The translations under genes and the position numbers were made by a program. Source: Octopus sinensis (taxonomy: Eukaryota). From it: 64,000 nucleotides of DNA. The notes beneath the pieces were generated by a model, which was not told the origin of the DNA, did not search any database, and saw only the letters and a list, made by a program, of their open reading frames with translations. Location: the NCBI RefSeq assembly GCF_006345805.1, contig NC_043010.1, positions 9,982,001 to 10,046,000 on the forward strand, written 5' to 3'. Below are positions 1 to 12,310 of this stretch, one piece after another. Position 1 is the stretch's first letter; the number at the start of each line of letters is the position of its first letter.

Positions 1-388
1 GTCATTTGACTGTGACCATGCTGGAGCACCACCTTTAATCAAGCAACTCAACCCCGGGACTTTTTCTTTTGTAAACCCAGTACTTATTCTATCGGTCTCT
101 TTTGCCGAACCGCTAAGTGACGGGGACATAAACACACCAGCATCGGTTGCCAAGCAATGCTAGGGGGACAAACACAGACACACAAACAAACACATGCATA
201 TATATATACATATACATATATATGACAGGCTTCTTTCAGTTTCCATCTACCAAATCCACTCACCAGGCTTTGGTCGGCCCGAGGCTATAGTAGAAGACAC
301 TCGCCCAAGGTGCCACGCAGTGGGATTGAACCCGGAACCATGTGGTTGGTAAACAAGCTACTTACCACACAACCACTCCTGTGCCTAT
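1..388 (-). mobile_element. SINE family A (tRNA head + CORE-like segment + (AAAGAGT)n tail), tail end cut off by the window edge
   Basis: Minus strand starts ggcacaggagtggttgtgtgg (A box), ggttcaatccc (B box), accttgggcgagtgtctt CORE-like segment; more than 20 similar copies in the window. Confidence 0.9.
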
Positions 389-459
389 AAGCTAGTTATT
401 TTCTGTGACAAAATTTAAGAAGTGTTGCTTCTTGAAAAAAAGAAAGGACTGCCACCATT

Positions 460-1640
460 GGAATCCTGTGACAGAACAAAGTTGAAGTCAGAGGTTGGGT
501 AAGTGGATGCAGTGGTCCTGAGAATTCAAAGTAATGACATCACAGAGTTGAATTCTTTAATGTGTGCTACTGCATATGTCACCATGGAAAGAATGGGAAC
601 GTTGAGGGGAAGGAAAGAAAATTGAAGAACTGTTCTGGAAAAGAAGAATCAAAGACAGTATTGACACATGGCGAATGGATTTGAGTACTACCGAGGTGTT
701 AAGGCAAGGAAATATGTGGCTCAGGTAAAGAAAGTGGAACCAACTGAATAGGAAATACCATCTGAAGGAGAATGGAACTTTGTATTTCTATACAGACACG
801 AAGCTGTAACTTAATCAACCAGATATCACTCTCCTAAGGAAAGAGACCAATAAAATGAACCTTCATTGATATAGCACTATACGAAGATCATAACATTATA
901 AAGACAGAAAATGAGACAGCTGAATGGTATCAAAATCTTGCATTTGAAGGGAAGTGTATTTATAGAGTTCAACAAACTTGAAATCTTCAAAGCCACAGTC
1001 GAACCAATTCTACTATATGGCTCAGAAACCTGGACGTTATCAAAGAAGCTTGAGAGGCGGTTGGATGGAGCCTACACTCGCCTCCTTATGAGAGCTCAAA
1101 ATCTCTCGTGGAAGCGTCATCCAACCAAAATGCAAATATATGGGAAACTACCACCTGTGTCATCTCTTGTGAAAGGTAGGAGAGTTCAGTTTGCTGGACA
1201 TTGTTGTAGAGCTGAAAACGAGGCAATTTCTACTCTTCTCCTCTGGAAGCCATCTACTCGCAATACCAGAGGGCGCACACTCTCCTACGCTGATGTAATC
1301 TCCAGGGATACAGGCATCCAGCAACAGGACCTCCATAATGTCATGATGGACCGTGAAGTCTGGTGTAGCATGGTAAATTCCATTGTCTCGACCACGGTCG
1401 AACAATAACGATGATGATGATTTATAGAGCCTCAAAAGTGGGTGTGACACCCATTATGATTGCTGCATTCAGAAACATCTCAGAGAACATATAAAATTGG
1501 CATGGGAAGTCACAACTACCAAACATCTATGGAAGTAAAAAGTTAGCTACCATACTCAGAAAAAGCACATGTGTTGAGAAGTGTTGTGTTTCTAAGCCTC
1601 AGGAAGGAGCCGAGACAAGACATGGATAACCCAGGAGAAC
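460..1640 (+). mobile_element. Heavily deleted and decayed R4/Dong-like (restriction-like endonuclease) non-LTR retrotransposon remnant, interrupted by the element at 968-1419
   Basis: Manual translation: VDAVVLRIQSNDITELNSLMCATAYVTMERMG (about 500-600); NQPDITLLRKETNK / TFIDIALYEDHNIIKTENETAEWYQNLAFE (about 813-950, PD..ID-type REL motif); after the insertion VGVTPIMIAAF and AHVLRSVV. Contains stops and frameshifts. Confidence 0.7.
968..1419 (+). mobile_element. 5'-truncated RTE-like LINE 3' end (C-terminus of RT ORF) with (GAT)n tail and 10-bp TSD
   Basis: Open frame FKATVEPILLYGSETW...RRVQFAGHCCR...MMDREVW, stop at 1406-1408, tail acgatgatgatg, direct repeat atttatagag at 958-967 and 1420-1429. 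Confidence 0.9.
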
Positions 1641-1716
1641 ATTAAAACTTGAGAAAATCCCCAAAATAATATTAGTAATAGTAACAACAACAACAACAAC
1701 AATAATTTTAATAATA

Positions 1717-1766
<50 letters not shown>

Positions 1767-1933
1767 GCTGCTCATGTATTTTAATTGAACTTAAAAAAAA
1801 ATTTTTTTTTAAATAAACGAACTATTGAGTTTGGTTAAATGGCCTACCAATGTATACTATGAGTTTCTTTGCCCTAGGAGTCAGGAAGACACTCGGCAAG
1901 AAATGGAAGCAAATTTGAAAGAAGAAAAAAAAA

Positions 1934-1989
<56 letters not shown>

Positions 1990-2289
1990 CCTTTCTACTA
2001 TAGGCACACAGACTGGATTTCGTGGGGAGAGGAGGGACAGTCAATCACATTGACCTTAGTACTTGACTGGTACTTAATTTATCGACCCCAAAAGATGAAA
2101 GACAAAGTCAACCTCGGCAGAATTCAAACTCGGAATGTAAAGGCAGACAAAAAACCACAAAAAGCATTTTTTCCCAGCATACTAATGATTCTGCCAGCTC
2201 ATCACCTTAATAACAATCACAACAACAACAACAACAACAGTTGCTATAATAATTTATTAATTTGTGCATTTGGCACAACATCCAAACTG

Positions 2290-2400
2290 CTACCAATTAT
2301 TGGAATTGAGACTTGCATTGTTGACCCGCAGAAAAGTGAAATCCTGTATTCAGCAAGAATCCTTAGAAAATTTTTAAGGTTTGAAGAGAATTGTTGTTTG
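2290..2400 (+). mobile_element. Short C-terminal fragment of an R4/Dong-like ORF
   Basis: IIGIETCIVDPQKSEILYSARILRKFL resembles the C-terminal QK..IL..ARILRKVL motif of REL-type elements. Confidence 0.5.
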
Positions 2401-2444
2401 CAAACCTCAATACAATATCCCTGCTAACTAATATATTTTTTTCT

Positions 2445-2668
2445 TTACTACCCACAAGGGGCTAAACATAGAGGGGACAAACAAGGAAAGACAAAGTGAT
2501 TAAGTCGATTACATCGACTCCAGTGCATAACTGGTACTTAATTTATCGACCCCGAAAGGATGAAAGGTAAAGTCGACCTCGGCGGAATTTGAACTCGGAA
2601 CGTAACGACAGACGAAATACGGCTACGCATTTCGCCCGGCGTGCTAACGGTTCTACCAGGTCGCCGCC
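2445..2668 (-). mobile_element. SINE family B (ggcggcgagctggcagaa... head)
   Basis: Matches copies at 45345, 45686 and 63168; B box gagttcaaattcc on the minus strand. Confidence 0.85.
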
Positions 2669-2679
2669 TTAATATTGCT

Positions 2680-3143
2680 TACTCTTTTACTCTTTTACTT
2701 GTTTCAGTCATTTGACTGCGGCCATGCTGGAGCACCGCCTTTAATCGAGCAACTCGACCCCAGGACTTATTCTTTTGTAAGCCCAGTACTTATTCTATCA
2801 GTCTCTTTTGCCGAACCGCTAAGTGACGGGGACATAAATACACCAGCATTGGTTGTCAAGCAATGCTAGGGGGACAAATACAGATACACAAACACACACA
2901 CGCATATATATACATATACATATATATGATGGGCTTCTTTCAGTTTCCATCTACCAAATCCACTCACAAGGCTTTGGTTGGCCCAAGGCTATAGTAGAAG
3001 ACACCAGGACTTATTCTTTGTAAGCCTAGTACTTATTCTATTGGTCCCTTTTGCCGAACCGCTAAGTTACGGGGACGTAAACACACCAGCATCGGTTGTC
3101 AACCGATGTTGTGGGACACACACACACAAACATATATACACAC

Positions 3144-3180
<37 letters not shown>

Positions 3181-3335
3181 CGACGGGCTTCTTTCAGTTT
3201 CCGTCTACCAAATCCACTCACAAGGCTTTGGTCGGCCCGAGGCTATAGTAGAAGACACTTGCCCAAGGTGCCCCGCAGTGGGACTGAACCCGGAACCATG
3301 TGGTTGGTAAACAAGCTGCTTACCATACAGCCACT
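2680..3335 (-). mobile_element. SINE family A with internal partial duplication
   Basis: Body runs to gtagaagaca (about 3003), then restarts at ccaggacttattc (3004) and runs on to the head. Confidence 0.85.
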
Positions 3336-3659
3336 GTAAAAGTCTTAATAATCATAAGTATAATACTAATTCTTTGTTCTGTAGGCACTAAGCTTGGAAT
3401 TTTATGGGAGGAATTAGTCAATTGCATTGATCCCAGCATCCAACTGCTGTTTTTTATCTACCTCAAAAGGATGAAAAAGTAATTAGAATTGGAATTTGGT
3501 AAGTAAAGCTGGAAGAACTGCCAGCAATTTTAGAAAATGAGGATTGTTCAATTATATGAATTCCAATATTTGACTGGTACCGAATTTCATTGATTCTGAA
3601 AGAATGACAGGCAAATTTGACCTCAATGAGATTTGAACTGAAAATGTTATGTTCTGGAT

Positions 3660-3810
3660 CAAATTCCGCCGAGGTCGACTTTGCCTTTCATCCTTTCGGG
3701 GTCGATAAATTAAGTACCAGTTGCACACTGGGGTCGATGTAATCGACTTAATACCTATGTCTGTCTTTGTTTGTCCCCTCTATGTTTAGCCCCTTGTGGG
3801 TAGTAAAGAA
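3660..3810 (+). mobile_element. SINE family B, 3' part
   Basis: aaattccgccgaggtcgactttgcctttcatcc...gggtagtaaagaaat. Confidence 0.8.
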
Positions 3811-4933
3811 ATATATACAAGAAACAGACAATGAGAACAAAACTATATAGAAGGAATTACACAAGCTGTTCTGTAGGTGGACCTCAGACCAATCGAGGGT
3901 GTGTTTGTGTATGTGTGTGGTCGTTGTGTCTGTGTTTTGTGGTTGTCCCAAAACACTGTTTGACAACCAGTGTTGGTGTTTTTACATCCCTGTATTATAC
4001 TCAGCAGTTCAGCAAACTAGACTGATAGAATAGATACCTAGCTTAAAACAAATAAGCACCGGGATTGATTAATTCAACTAAAATTATTGAAGGTGATGCC
4101 CCAGCATGGCCACAATCTAATGAATGAAACTAAATTAAAGGCAATAAAGAAAGGATGCAAAATGACAGACTGATCAAGGTTGGAACATGTTTTAGCATAG
4201 GTTTTGTTCAAATCAGGGTTGACTTGGAAATAAACAACAAAAACAAAACAACCAAACTACCTGGCATTTTACAGTCTGTTTGCTGCTCTGCCACAAAGTC
4301 TTTATCCCTGACCTCATTTGCCTTGCTGCCATAGTGACCAACATTACATCCTACTTGGCCATTGTAACTCTCCACATAAGGTCATACATTTGAAAAGATA
4401 CGTTATTGGTTTAAAGGTTATTAGTTGTTTTTTTTTATATTTATAGCAGTCTCAGTTGACTTTCTTTACAAAAGCACCATTACCTAAACACTCTCACTAC
4501 ACCCTCTCTGCTACCATTACACACACTCTCTCAATGAGGTGGTTTGATCACTTAGAAATAGCAGCTGAATCTCTCTTAAATCACACCCTTTTTCCTTCGT
4601 AGGCATCAAGTTGACAAAAGACTTTTACAGACTTCTTTGACTGAATGGTTATCATAGGATTTATATGGGAGAATATAAAGATGTTTGAGGCACATGGCTT
4701 AGTGCTCATGGTGTTGGAATCATTCTCATAAGATTGTGATTTCAATTCCTGAACCAGGTGACGTGTTGTGTTTTTGAGCAAAACACTTAATTTCATGTTA
4801 CTCCAGTCTGCGCACACACACACACACACACATGCATGTATGTATGCATGCATGTATGTAGGTGTATATATATATATTATATATATATATATATATATAT
4901 TTATCAAAATAAAAACATGATGCAAAGGATTTA

Positions 4934-5021
4934 GCGGTACATATGTTTCTGGCTTTTATTAGACGGTTTATATCAATGCATAATTGATATAACATGTAGG
5001 TCAATAGCCTTCTTCAGCCGC
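4934..5021 (-). ncRNA. Type I minimal hammerhead ribozyme motif, extended stem II
   Basis: GCGG-CUGAAGA-A-GGCU...AGCC-A-GAAA-CAUAUG-UA-CCGC; stem II includes a perfect 10-bp hairpin (plus-strand 4968-4977 with 4983-4992). Confidence 0.75.
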
Positions 5022-5319
5022 GTACAATTACTACTTCAAGGACATGTATTACATTATAAGTTTTGGAAAAAGATGATTTACGTTGGGGATGCAAATCCTC
5101 ATAGTCGTGTACAACAGAACGAGGCACCAAAACAAAAACAAAGCGTCCACCCATTTTTCACTCGATGTAGAAAAACGAGTGAAAAATCGGTGGACGCTTT
5201 GTTTTTGTTTTGGTGCTTCGCCCTGTTGTACACGACTATGAGAATTTGCATTCCCAATGTAAATCGTCTTTTTTCCCAAACTTATAATGTAATACATGTC
5301 TTTGGTGTGGTAATTGTGC

Positions 5320-5407
5320 TTGGCTGAGGAAGGCTATTGACATACATGTTACATCAATTATGCATTGATATAAACCGTCTAATAAAAGCCAGAAACATAT
5401 GTACCGC
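5320..5407 (+). ncRNA. Hammerhead motif, mirror copy with weakened stem I
   Basis: uugg-CUGAGGA-aggcu...agcc-a-GAAA-cauaug-UA-ccgc. Confidence 0.6.
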
Positions 5408-5508
5408 TAAATCCTTTGCAGCATGTTTTTCTTTTGATAAATATACTCTATCACCTACACCACTAAATGGCATATACAGGTGCTTACAATTATCAAGTAT
5501 TCACCCTG

Positions 5509-5567
<59 letters not shown>

Positions 5568-5619
5568 TGTATGTATGTATGTATGTATGTATGTATGTAT
5601 GTGTGTGTGTATGTATATA

Positions 5620-6006
5620 AGCACAGGTGTAGTTGTGTAGTAAGAAGCTTGCTCCTAACCACATGGTTCCAGGTGCAGTTTGACTGCATGACACTTTGGG
5701 AAAGTGTCTTCTGCCATAGCCTAGGGTCGACCAAAGCCCGGTGAGTAGATTTGGTAGATGGAAACTGAAAGAAGCCCTTTTTGTGTGTGTGTTTGCATCT
5801 ACGTTTGTCCTCCACCACTGCTTGATAATTGTTGTTGGTGTGTTTACATCCCTGTAACTTAGCAGTTTGGCAAAAGAGACCAATAGAATAAGTACCAGAT
5901 TTTAAAAAAGCAAAATACTGGGGGTCAAATCATTCAACTAAAAAATTCTTTAAGGTGCTGCCCCATCACGGCCGCAGTCTAATGATTGAAACAAGTAAAA
6001 GATAAA

Positions 6007-6008
<2 letters not shown>
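5620..6008 (+). mobile_element. Diverged SINE family A-type copy
   Basis: Head gcacaggtgtagttgtgtagtaagaag, CORE-like segment, tail gaaacaagtaaaagataaaag. Confidence 0.75.
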
Positions 6009-6075
<67 letters not shown>

Positions 6076-6151
6076 TATATGACGGAATATTATTCCAAAC
6101 TTACAGGGAAAAATTCTATTTAGAAATACTAAATCAAATTTCACAAAATAT

Positions 6152-6182
<31 letters not shown>

Positions 6183-6211
6183 GTATGTGTGTATGTATGT
6201 ATGTATGTATG

Positions 6212-6274
<63 letters not shown>

Positions 6275-6275
6275 G

Positions 6276-6319
<44 letters not shown>

Positions 6320-6343
6320 TATCTGTATCTATCCATATATATA

Positions 6344-6381
<38 letters not shown>

Positions 6382-7306
6382 ATAGATACAGATATATGTA
6401 TGTGTATATATATGTATAAGATTCACTCACAAGGCATTGGTCAATTTTGGGCAATAGTAGAAGACACTCAAAGTACTACACAGAGATACTGAACCCAAAA
6501 CTACACAGTTGCAAAGCAAATTTCTTAACCACACAGCCATATCTGTGCCTCTTAAAATATTTGAAACCACCTCCAACTAAAACCTAGAAAATATTTTAGA
6601 ATTTCCCCCGAACTAACATCATGATGTAATTCCACTCAACTAGTCTAACTTATCACTTCCTTTACTACTGCTTCTGTCAGCCTAGTAGTATCTTTTAATG
6701 TAGTCCACAGATCTGAACATCTCATATTGTATGCTGTTAATCCTGTCACAACCTTTACTGCAAGGATAAAAGCTGATAAATTATCAGTAACCAAAATCTG
6801 AACAGTGAATCATAGCTAATAATTTAGGGAACAATTTCATTTTCTTTTCCAGGTTCTGGAGAAATGGTCTTCATTGCTCTTGGCTTGAGTGCTAAACTAG
6901 CTGTTATTTGATTCAATTTGTTGATCGCCAATGAGATAAGGTATATAAAAGTGCAAATTAAATAAAAATTGCAAAGATTATGAAAGATTGGTAACCTTAA
7001 ATAATATATATATATATATACATATACAAATACATAGACAGACACACATGCACACACACACACAGACATGCATACATTCACACATATGAGTATGTGTATA
7101 TATGTTTCTTTTAAGTGTATGCATGTGTATGCATATGTATTAGCTGTGTATGCATATGTATTAATTTAGCTTCAGGTCAGCTTTGATAGAGCAGACGTAC
7201 GATCAAAGGCATTCCAGCTCTGACCACCACTTTTGCAGGCAAATGTATTTCAAAGTAGATTATTCAATGTGTCCAGTCCCCACTCCATGCTCTCAAAAAA
7301 TGGTAT

Positions 7307-7712
7307 ACTCTTTTACTTGTTTCAGTCATTTGACTGCGGCCATGCTGGAGCACCGCCTTTAGTCGAGCAAATCGACCCCAGGACTTATTCTTTGTAAGCC
7401 CAGTACTTATTCTATCGGTATCTTTTGCCGAACCGCTAGGTGACGGGGATATAAACACACCAGCATCGGTTATCAAGCAATGCTAGGGGGATGAACACAG
7501 ACACACAAATATATACACACACATACATATATATATATATATACATATATACGACAGGCTTCTTTCAGTTTCCGTCTACCAAATCCACTCACAAGGCTTT
7601 GGTCGGCCTGAGGCTATAGCAGAAGGCACTTGCCCAAGATGCCACGCAGTGGGACTGAACCCAGAACCATGTGGTTGGTTAGAAAGCTACTTACCACACA
7701 GCCACTCCTGCG
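7307..7712 (-). mobile_element. SINE family A
   Basis: Near full-length match to the family. Confidence 0.9.
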
Positions 7713-8149
7713 ATGAAATAAGTCTCAGCTGAGTACTGGAGTTGATATAATGAACTTAATCTTTCCCCCAAATTTCGGGCTATGTAACTATAGTTGAAAG
7801 AATATTACGGAATCTTATGTAGAAACAGAAAAATCGTTTGTAAGAAGGTAGTGTTCTGAATGTCTTTACGTTCTGAGTTCAAATTCCGCTGAGTGCGAAT
7901 TTGCTTTCTCCCTTTCAAGGTTGATAAAATAAATACAAGTAAATTACTGGGGGTTGATGTAATTAACTAGCCCCCTCCCCTCAAAACCTGCTGGCCTTGT
8001 GCCAGAATTTGAAATCATTTATAAATTTACTATGACTGAAGTTTATTGTATTAAAGTGATTTAAATTAAAACTTCCCTCCATATTCTGTGTTTTTTGCAT
8101 GGTGATTGATGCAACTCAGTACATTGGTTACACCAGTGTAAAAAGACAT

Positions 8150-8550
8150 ACAGCCACATTGTGCTTCCCAACCACATAGTTCTGGGTTCAATCCCAATGC
8201 ATAGCACCTTAGGGAAATGTCTTCAACTACAGCCTCAGGCCGAACAAAGCCTTGTGAGTGGATTTGTAGACAGAAACTGAAAGAAACTCATCATATGTGT
8301 GTGTGTCTGCATGTGTGTGTGTGTGTATGTGTGTGTCTTTGTATTAGTGTTTGTCCCCCACCAACATTACTTGACAACTGATGTTGGTGTGTTTATATCA
8401 CTGTAACTTAGCAGTTCAGCAATAGAGACCGTTAGAATAAGTACTAGGCTTACAAAGAATAAGCGCCAGGGTCAATTTCTTTGACTAAAAAAAAACATTT
8501 AAAGTGATGCTCCAGCATGGCCACAGTCAAATGACTGAAACAAAAGAACT
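8150..8550 (+). mobile_element. Diverged SINE family A-type copy
   Basis: B-box-like gggttcaatccc, CORE-like segment, 3' tgctccagcatggccacagtcaaatgactgaaac. Confidence 0.7.
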
Positions 8551-8595
8551 TATATCATTATCATCATCCTTATCATAATGATCATAGAACTTGCC

Positions 8596-9028
8596 TAAGA
8601 GAACCATCCGAACGTGGCTGTTGCCAGCGCTGCCCCGACTGGCTTCCGTGCCAGTGGCACGTAAAAAGCACCATCCAATCGTGGCCGTTTGCCAGCCTTG
8701 TCTGGCCCCCGTGCCAGTGGCACATAAAAAGCACCATCCGATTGTGGCTGTTTGCCAGCCTCGCCTGGCCCCCGTGCCAGTGGCACATAAAAAGCACCAT
8801 CCGATCGTGGCCATTTGCCAGACTCGTCTGGCACCTGTGCCGGTGGCACGTAAAAAGCACCCACTACACTCACGGAGTGGTTGGTGTTAGGAAGGGCATC
8901 CAGCCGTAGAAACATTGCCAGATCAGACTGGGCCTGGTGCAGCCTTCTGGCTTCCCAGACCCCAGTTGCACCGTCCAACCCATGCCAGCATGGAAAGCGA
9001 ATGCTAAATGATGATGATGATGATGATA
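8596..9028 (+). mobile_element. SINE-like family C with internal 63-bp tandem units and RTE-type (GAT)n tail
   Basis: Units start near 8646, 8709, 8772 and 8835; followed by ggaagggcatccagcc...catggaaagcgaatgctaaatgatgatg. Confidence 0.8.
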
Positions 9029-9490
9029 ATTGTCATCATGATCAATATCGTCATCGTTCTAATGTCCACACTCCCATGCTTGCATGGACTTGACAGAACA
9101 TTGTCCAGGCAGGTTTTCTATGGCTAAGATGCTTGTCCTGTTGCCATAACTTAGCAGTTTGGCAAAAAATATCAACAGAATAAATGCCAGACTTAGAATA
9201 TGTACAAAGGTTGAGTCATATGACTAAAACCCTTGTAAGTAGTGCCCAGCATAGCCACAGTCCAAAAACTGAAAGAACTAAAAACTAAAAAGATAGAAGA
9301 TAACCGCTAATATTTATGATGTATAAGATAGTACTTCCCAGATTATTCACAGAGATTTCTACATAAATTTGATTTACATTTCTAGCCATGTTTTAATTTA
9401 CTGGAATAACACTTCAGTAAAATTATGATAACATAACAATTGAACTGAAAATGTCATGTACAAGCAGTTATATGGTGGGAGGGAGGTGCT

Positions 9491-9537
9491 TTAAGTCATG
9501 TAGAAGTCTTCTGGTTCTTCTTCGTTATTTTCTTCTT
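9491..9537 (-). CDS. Candidate terminal coding exon of an unidentified host gene: (E)EENNEEEPEDFYMT*
   Basis: T-rich acceptor ttttattttcattag; phase 1; purine-rich coding-like sequence ending in TAA. Confidence 0.6.
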
Positions 9538-9749
9538 CTAATGAAAATAAAACTTATAAATAAACAAATAAAAAATCATAAATGATGAGATTATTTCAGA
9601 GCAAAAATGGGGGGGAGGGAGAGGTGCCAAGAGAACAAACAATAGAAAGGCAAAGTAGGAAATTCAATTCAGTAATTTAAGTAACAGTGGGATTGTGTTT
9701 CAGGGGGAAAGAAGAGTCTGCTAGAGAGAAGTATGAGAAAATGCTTAAA

Positions 9750-9791
9750 ATAATAATAATAATGATAATAATAATTGTAATAATAATAATA

Positions 9792-9830
<39 letters not shown>

Positions 9831-9905
9831 GTGATGATGATAATAATAATAATAATGATAATAATGATAATAATAATAATAATAATGATAATAACGATAA
9901 TAATG

Positions 9906-9951
<46 letters not shown>

Positions 9952-10082
9952 TGATGACAATGACAATAATAATAATAATGATAATAATAATAATAATAGT
10001 AATAATAATAATGATAATAATAATAATAATAATAATAATATTAATAATGATAATGATAATTAATAAAATAATAATAATAATG

Positions 10083-10145
<63 letters not shown>

Positions 10146-10169
10146 TAATAATGAAATGTAATGATAGTA

Positions 10170-10253
<84 letters not shown>

Positions 10254-10256
10254 GTA

Positions 10257-10311
<55 letters not shown>

Positions 10312-10350
10312 TAATAATAATGATAATAATAATAATGATGATGATAATAA
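9750..10350. repeat. (AAT/GAT)n microsatellite, ~600 bp
   Basis: Visible trinucleotide array; source of the poly-I, poly-L and poly-N ORFs. Confidence 0.95.
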
Positions 10351-11050
10351 AAACTGAACAAAAAAAAAAATGGGGTGCTGGAAGAGTGCGAACGATTTTG
10401 TGTTCAATAGGACTTATTTCTATAGAGATACTAATTTTAACCATTTTGGAATGTTAAATATTTCACAATTTTTGGATCAAATTTATGGCAGGGATTGTTT
10501 TTCCAAATGAGAAGAAATATGTGTAATTTGCGGCCAACTTATTAAATGCATTTGTTATTTTTTTTCTTTTAAAAATATTCAATGCTGTTTTTTTTCTTTT
10601 TTTTTTTTTTTTTGCTGTTCTTTTCTTCCTAGTTTCTGTTTTCGATGATGTAAAAATGTTTTGTGATAATTTCCAGTATTTTAAGATAAGTCACAACCTC
10701 TACAGTTAAATCAATGTGTAAGAAGCAGATAAGCATGATGTCTTATTGTTCAAGATTAATTTTCAATGCACAGTACCCTCATCAGCTGTATATCTATAAT
10801 CATACAGAATCTTTCATCTTTAAGTTCAACGAAAAATATAGGTCATATACAATCAATATTGATTTAATCAGTTTCTTGCAGAAATTTGCATGCTACGTAT
10901 AATGCAAAGCATGCTACTGAAACTCTAAGCAATCTACATATTCAATGAACATGCCATCTAAAAACTAAATGCACTGCCTCAAAAGGCAGCTTTCCAATGT
11001 AGAATATAAGCAAGCTATCTGCAAACTAAACATTCTACCAAAATAGCAAT

Positions 11051-11474
11051 ACTCTCTTTACTCTCTTTTTACTCTTTTACTTGTTTCAGTCATTTGACTG
11101 CGGCCATGCTGGAGCACTGCCTTTTAGTCGAGCAACTCGACCCCGGGACTTATTCTTTGTAAGCCCAGTACTTATTCTATTGGTCTCTTTTGCCGAACCG
11201 CTAAGTGACGGGGACATAAACACACCAGCATCAGTTGTCAAGCAATGCTAGGGGGACAAACACAGACACACAAACATACACACACATACATATATATATA
11301 TACACATATATACGATGGGCTTCTTTCAGTTTCCGTTTACCAAATCCACTCACAAGGCTTTGGTCGGCCTGAGGCTTTAGTGGAAGACACTTGCCCAAGG
11401 TGCCATGCAGTGGGACTGAACCTGGAAACATGTGGTTGGTAAACAAGCTACTTACCACACAGCCACTCCTGCGC

Positions 11475-11477
<3 letters not shown>
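11051..11477 (-). mobile_element. SINE family A
   Basis: Full-length match. Confidence 0.9.
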
Positions 11478-11506
<29 letters not shown>

Positions 11507-11886
11507 GCATACATATGGATAAATATATATACATATATGTATATGTATATACAAATGTATGTGTGTACATATGTATGTGTTAGTGTTTCCTTGTCTTAAC
11601 ACCACATGATAGTTGTAAATACGTGTCTTTATCATCTAAGCAACATCATTCATTTCTAGTATTCTGTGAGAACATGTCTAACCAAAGGGAAATAAAACCT
11701 TGCTTGTCAACAAGTGAGGTTTGGTGACAGTAAAAGCATCCAGCCTCAGGAAATCTGCTTCGAATAAACTTTGTCCAGTCGATACAAGCATGGTAAAGTG
11801 GACATTAAAATGGTGGCGATGATGATGACGGTGGAGATGATGACGACGACGACGACGACGATGATGGCCCCTTACAAATCTTTTAC

Positions 11887-11946
11887 CTACAAACATGTTT
11901 CTTATACATAAGTAATAACAAGTGGGAAAATGTTCATATATATCTT
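11887..11946 (-). CDS. Candidate exon, 60 nt, phase 1-1: (E)DIYEHFPTCYYLCIRNMFV
   Basis: Acceptor ttcctttttctttttattcag, donor tag|gtaaaa; only the phase-1 frame is open. Confidence 0.55.
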
Positions 11947-11980
11947 CTGAATAAAAAGAAAAAGGAACAATTAAGCATAT

Positions 11981-12310
11981 ACTCTTTTACTCTTTTACTT
12001 GTTTCAGTCATTTGACTGTGGCCATGCTGGAGCACTGCCTTTAGTCGAGCAAATCGACCCTGGGACTTATTCTTTGTAAGCCCAGTACTTATTCTATCGG
12101 TCCCTTTTGCCGAACCGCTAAGTAACAGGGACGTAAACACACCAGCATCGGTTGTCAAGCAATGCTAGGGGGACAAACACAGACACACAAACACATACAT
12201 ACATACATACATATATATATACATATATGACAGGCTTCTTTCAGTTTCTGTCCACCAAATCCACTCACAAGGCATTGGTTGGCTCGGGGCTATAGCAGAA
12301 GACACTTGCC
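11981..12310 (-). mobile_element. SINE family A with its head replaced by the 34-bp minisatellite
   Basis: Match ends at gaagacacttgcc, where the array begins. Confidence 0.85.

Larger units (their letters stand above)
4901..5440. repeat. ~540-bp imperfect palindrome with a hammerhead motif in each arm
   Basis: Arms 4901-5164 and 5176-5440 are reverse complements around an 11-nt loop, atgtagaaaaa. Confidence 0.9.

Noticed and set aside
6853-6940. Plus-strand exon (ttttccag...aag|gtatat)
   Set aside because: Stops in all three frames and no supporting partner exons.
9677-10457. Long poly-I/N/L/Y/M/D ORFs here and at 16.3, 18.4, 35.9, 38.9, 49.4, 53.7 and 60.3 kb
   Set aside because: Stop-free frames of simple repeats.
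10764-10796. 17-nt minus-strand microexon (YTADE)
   Set aside because: Poor polypyrimidine tract and weak donor; the 28135-28190 exon supplies the phase change with better splice sites.
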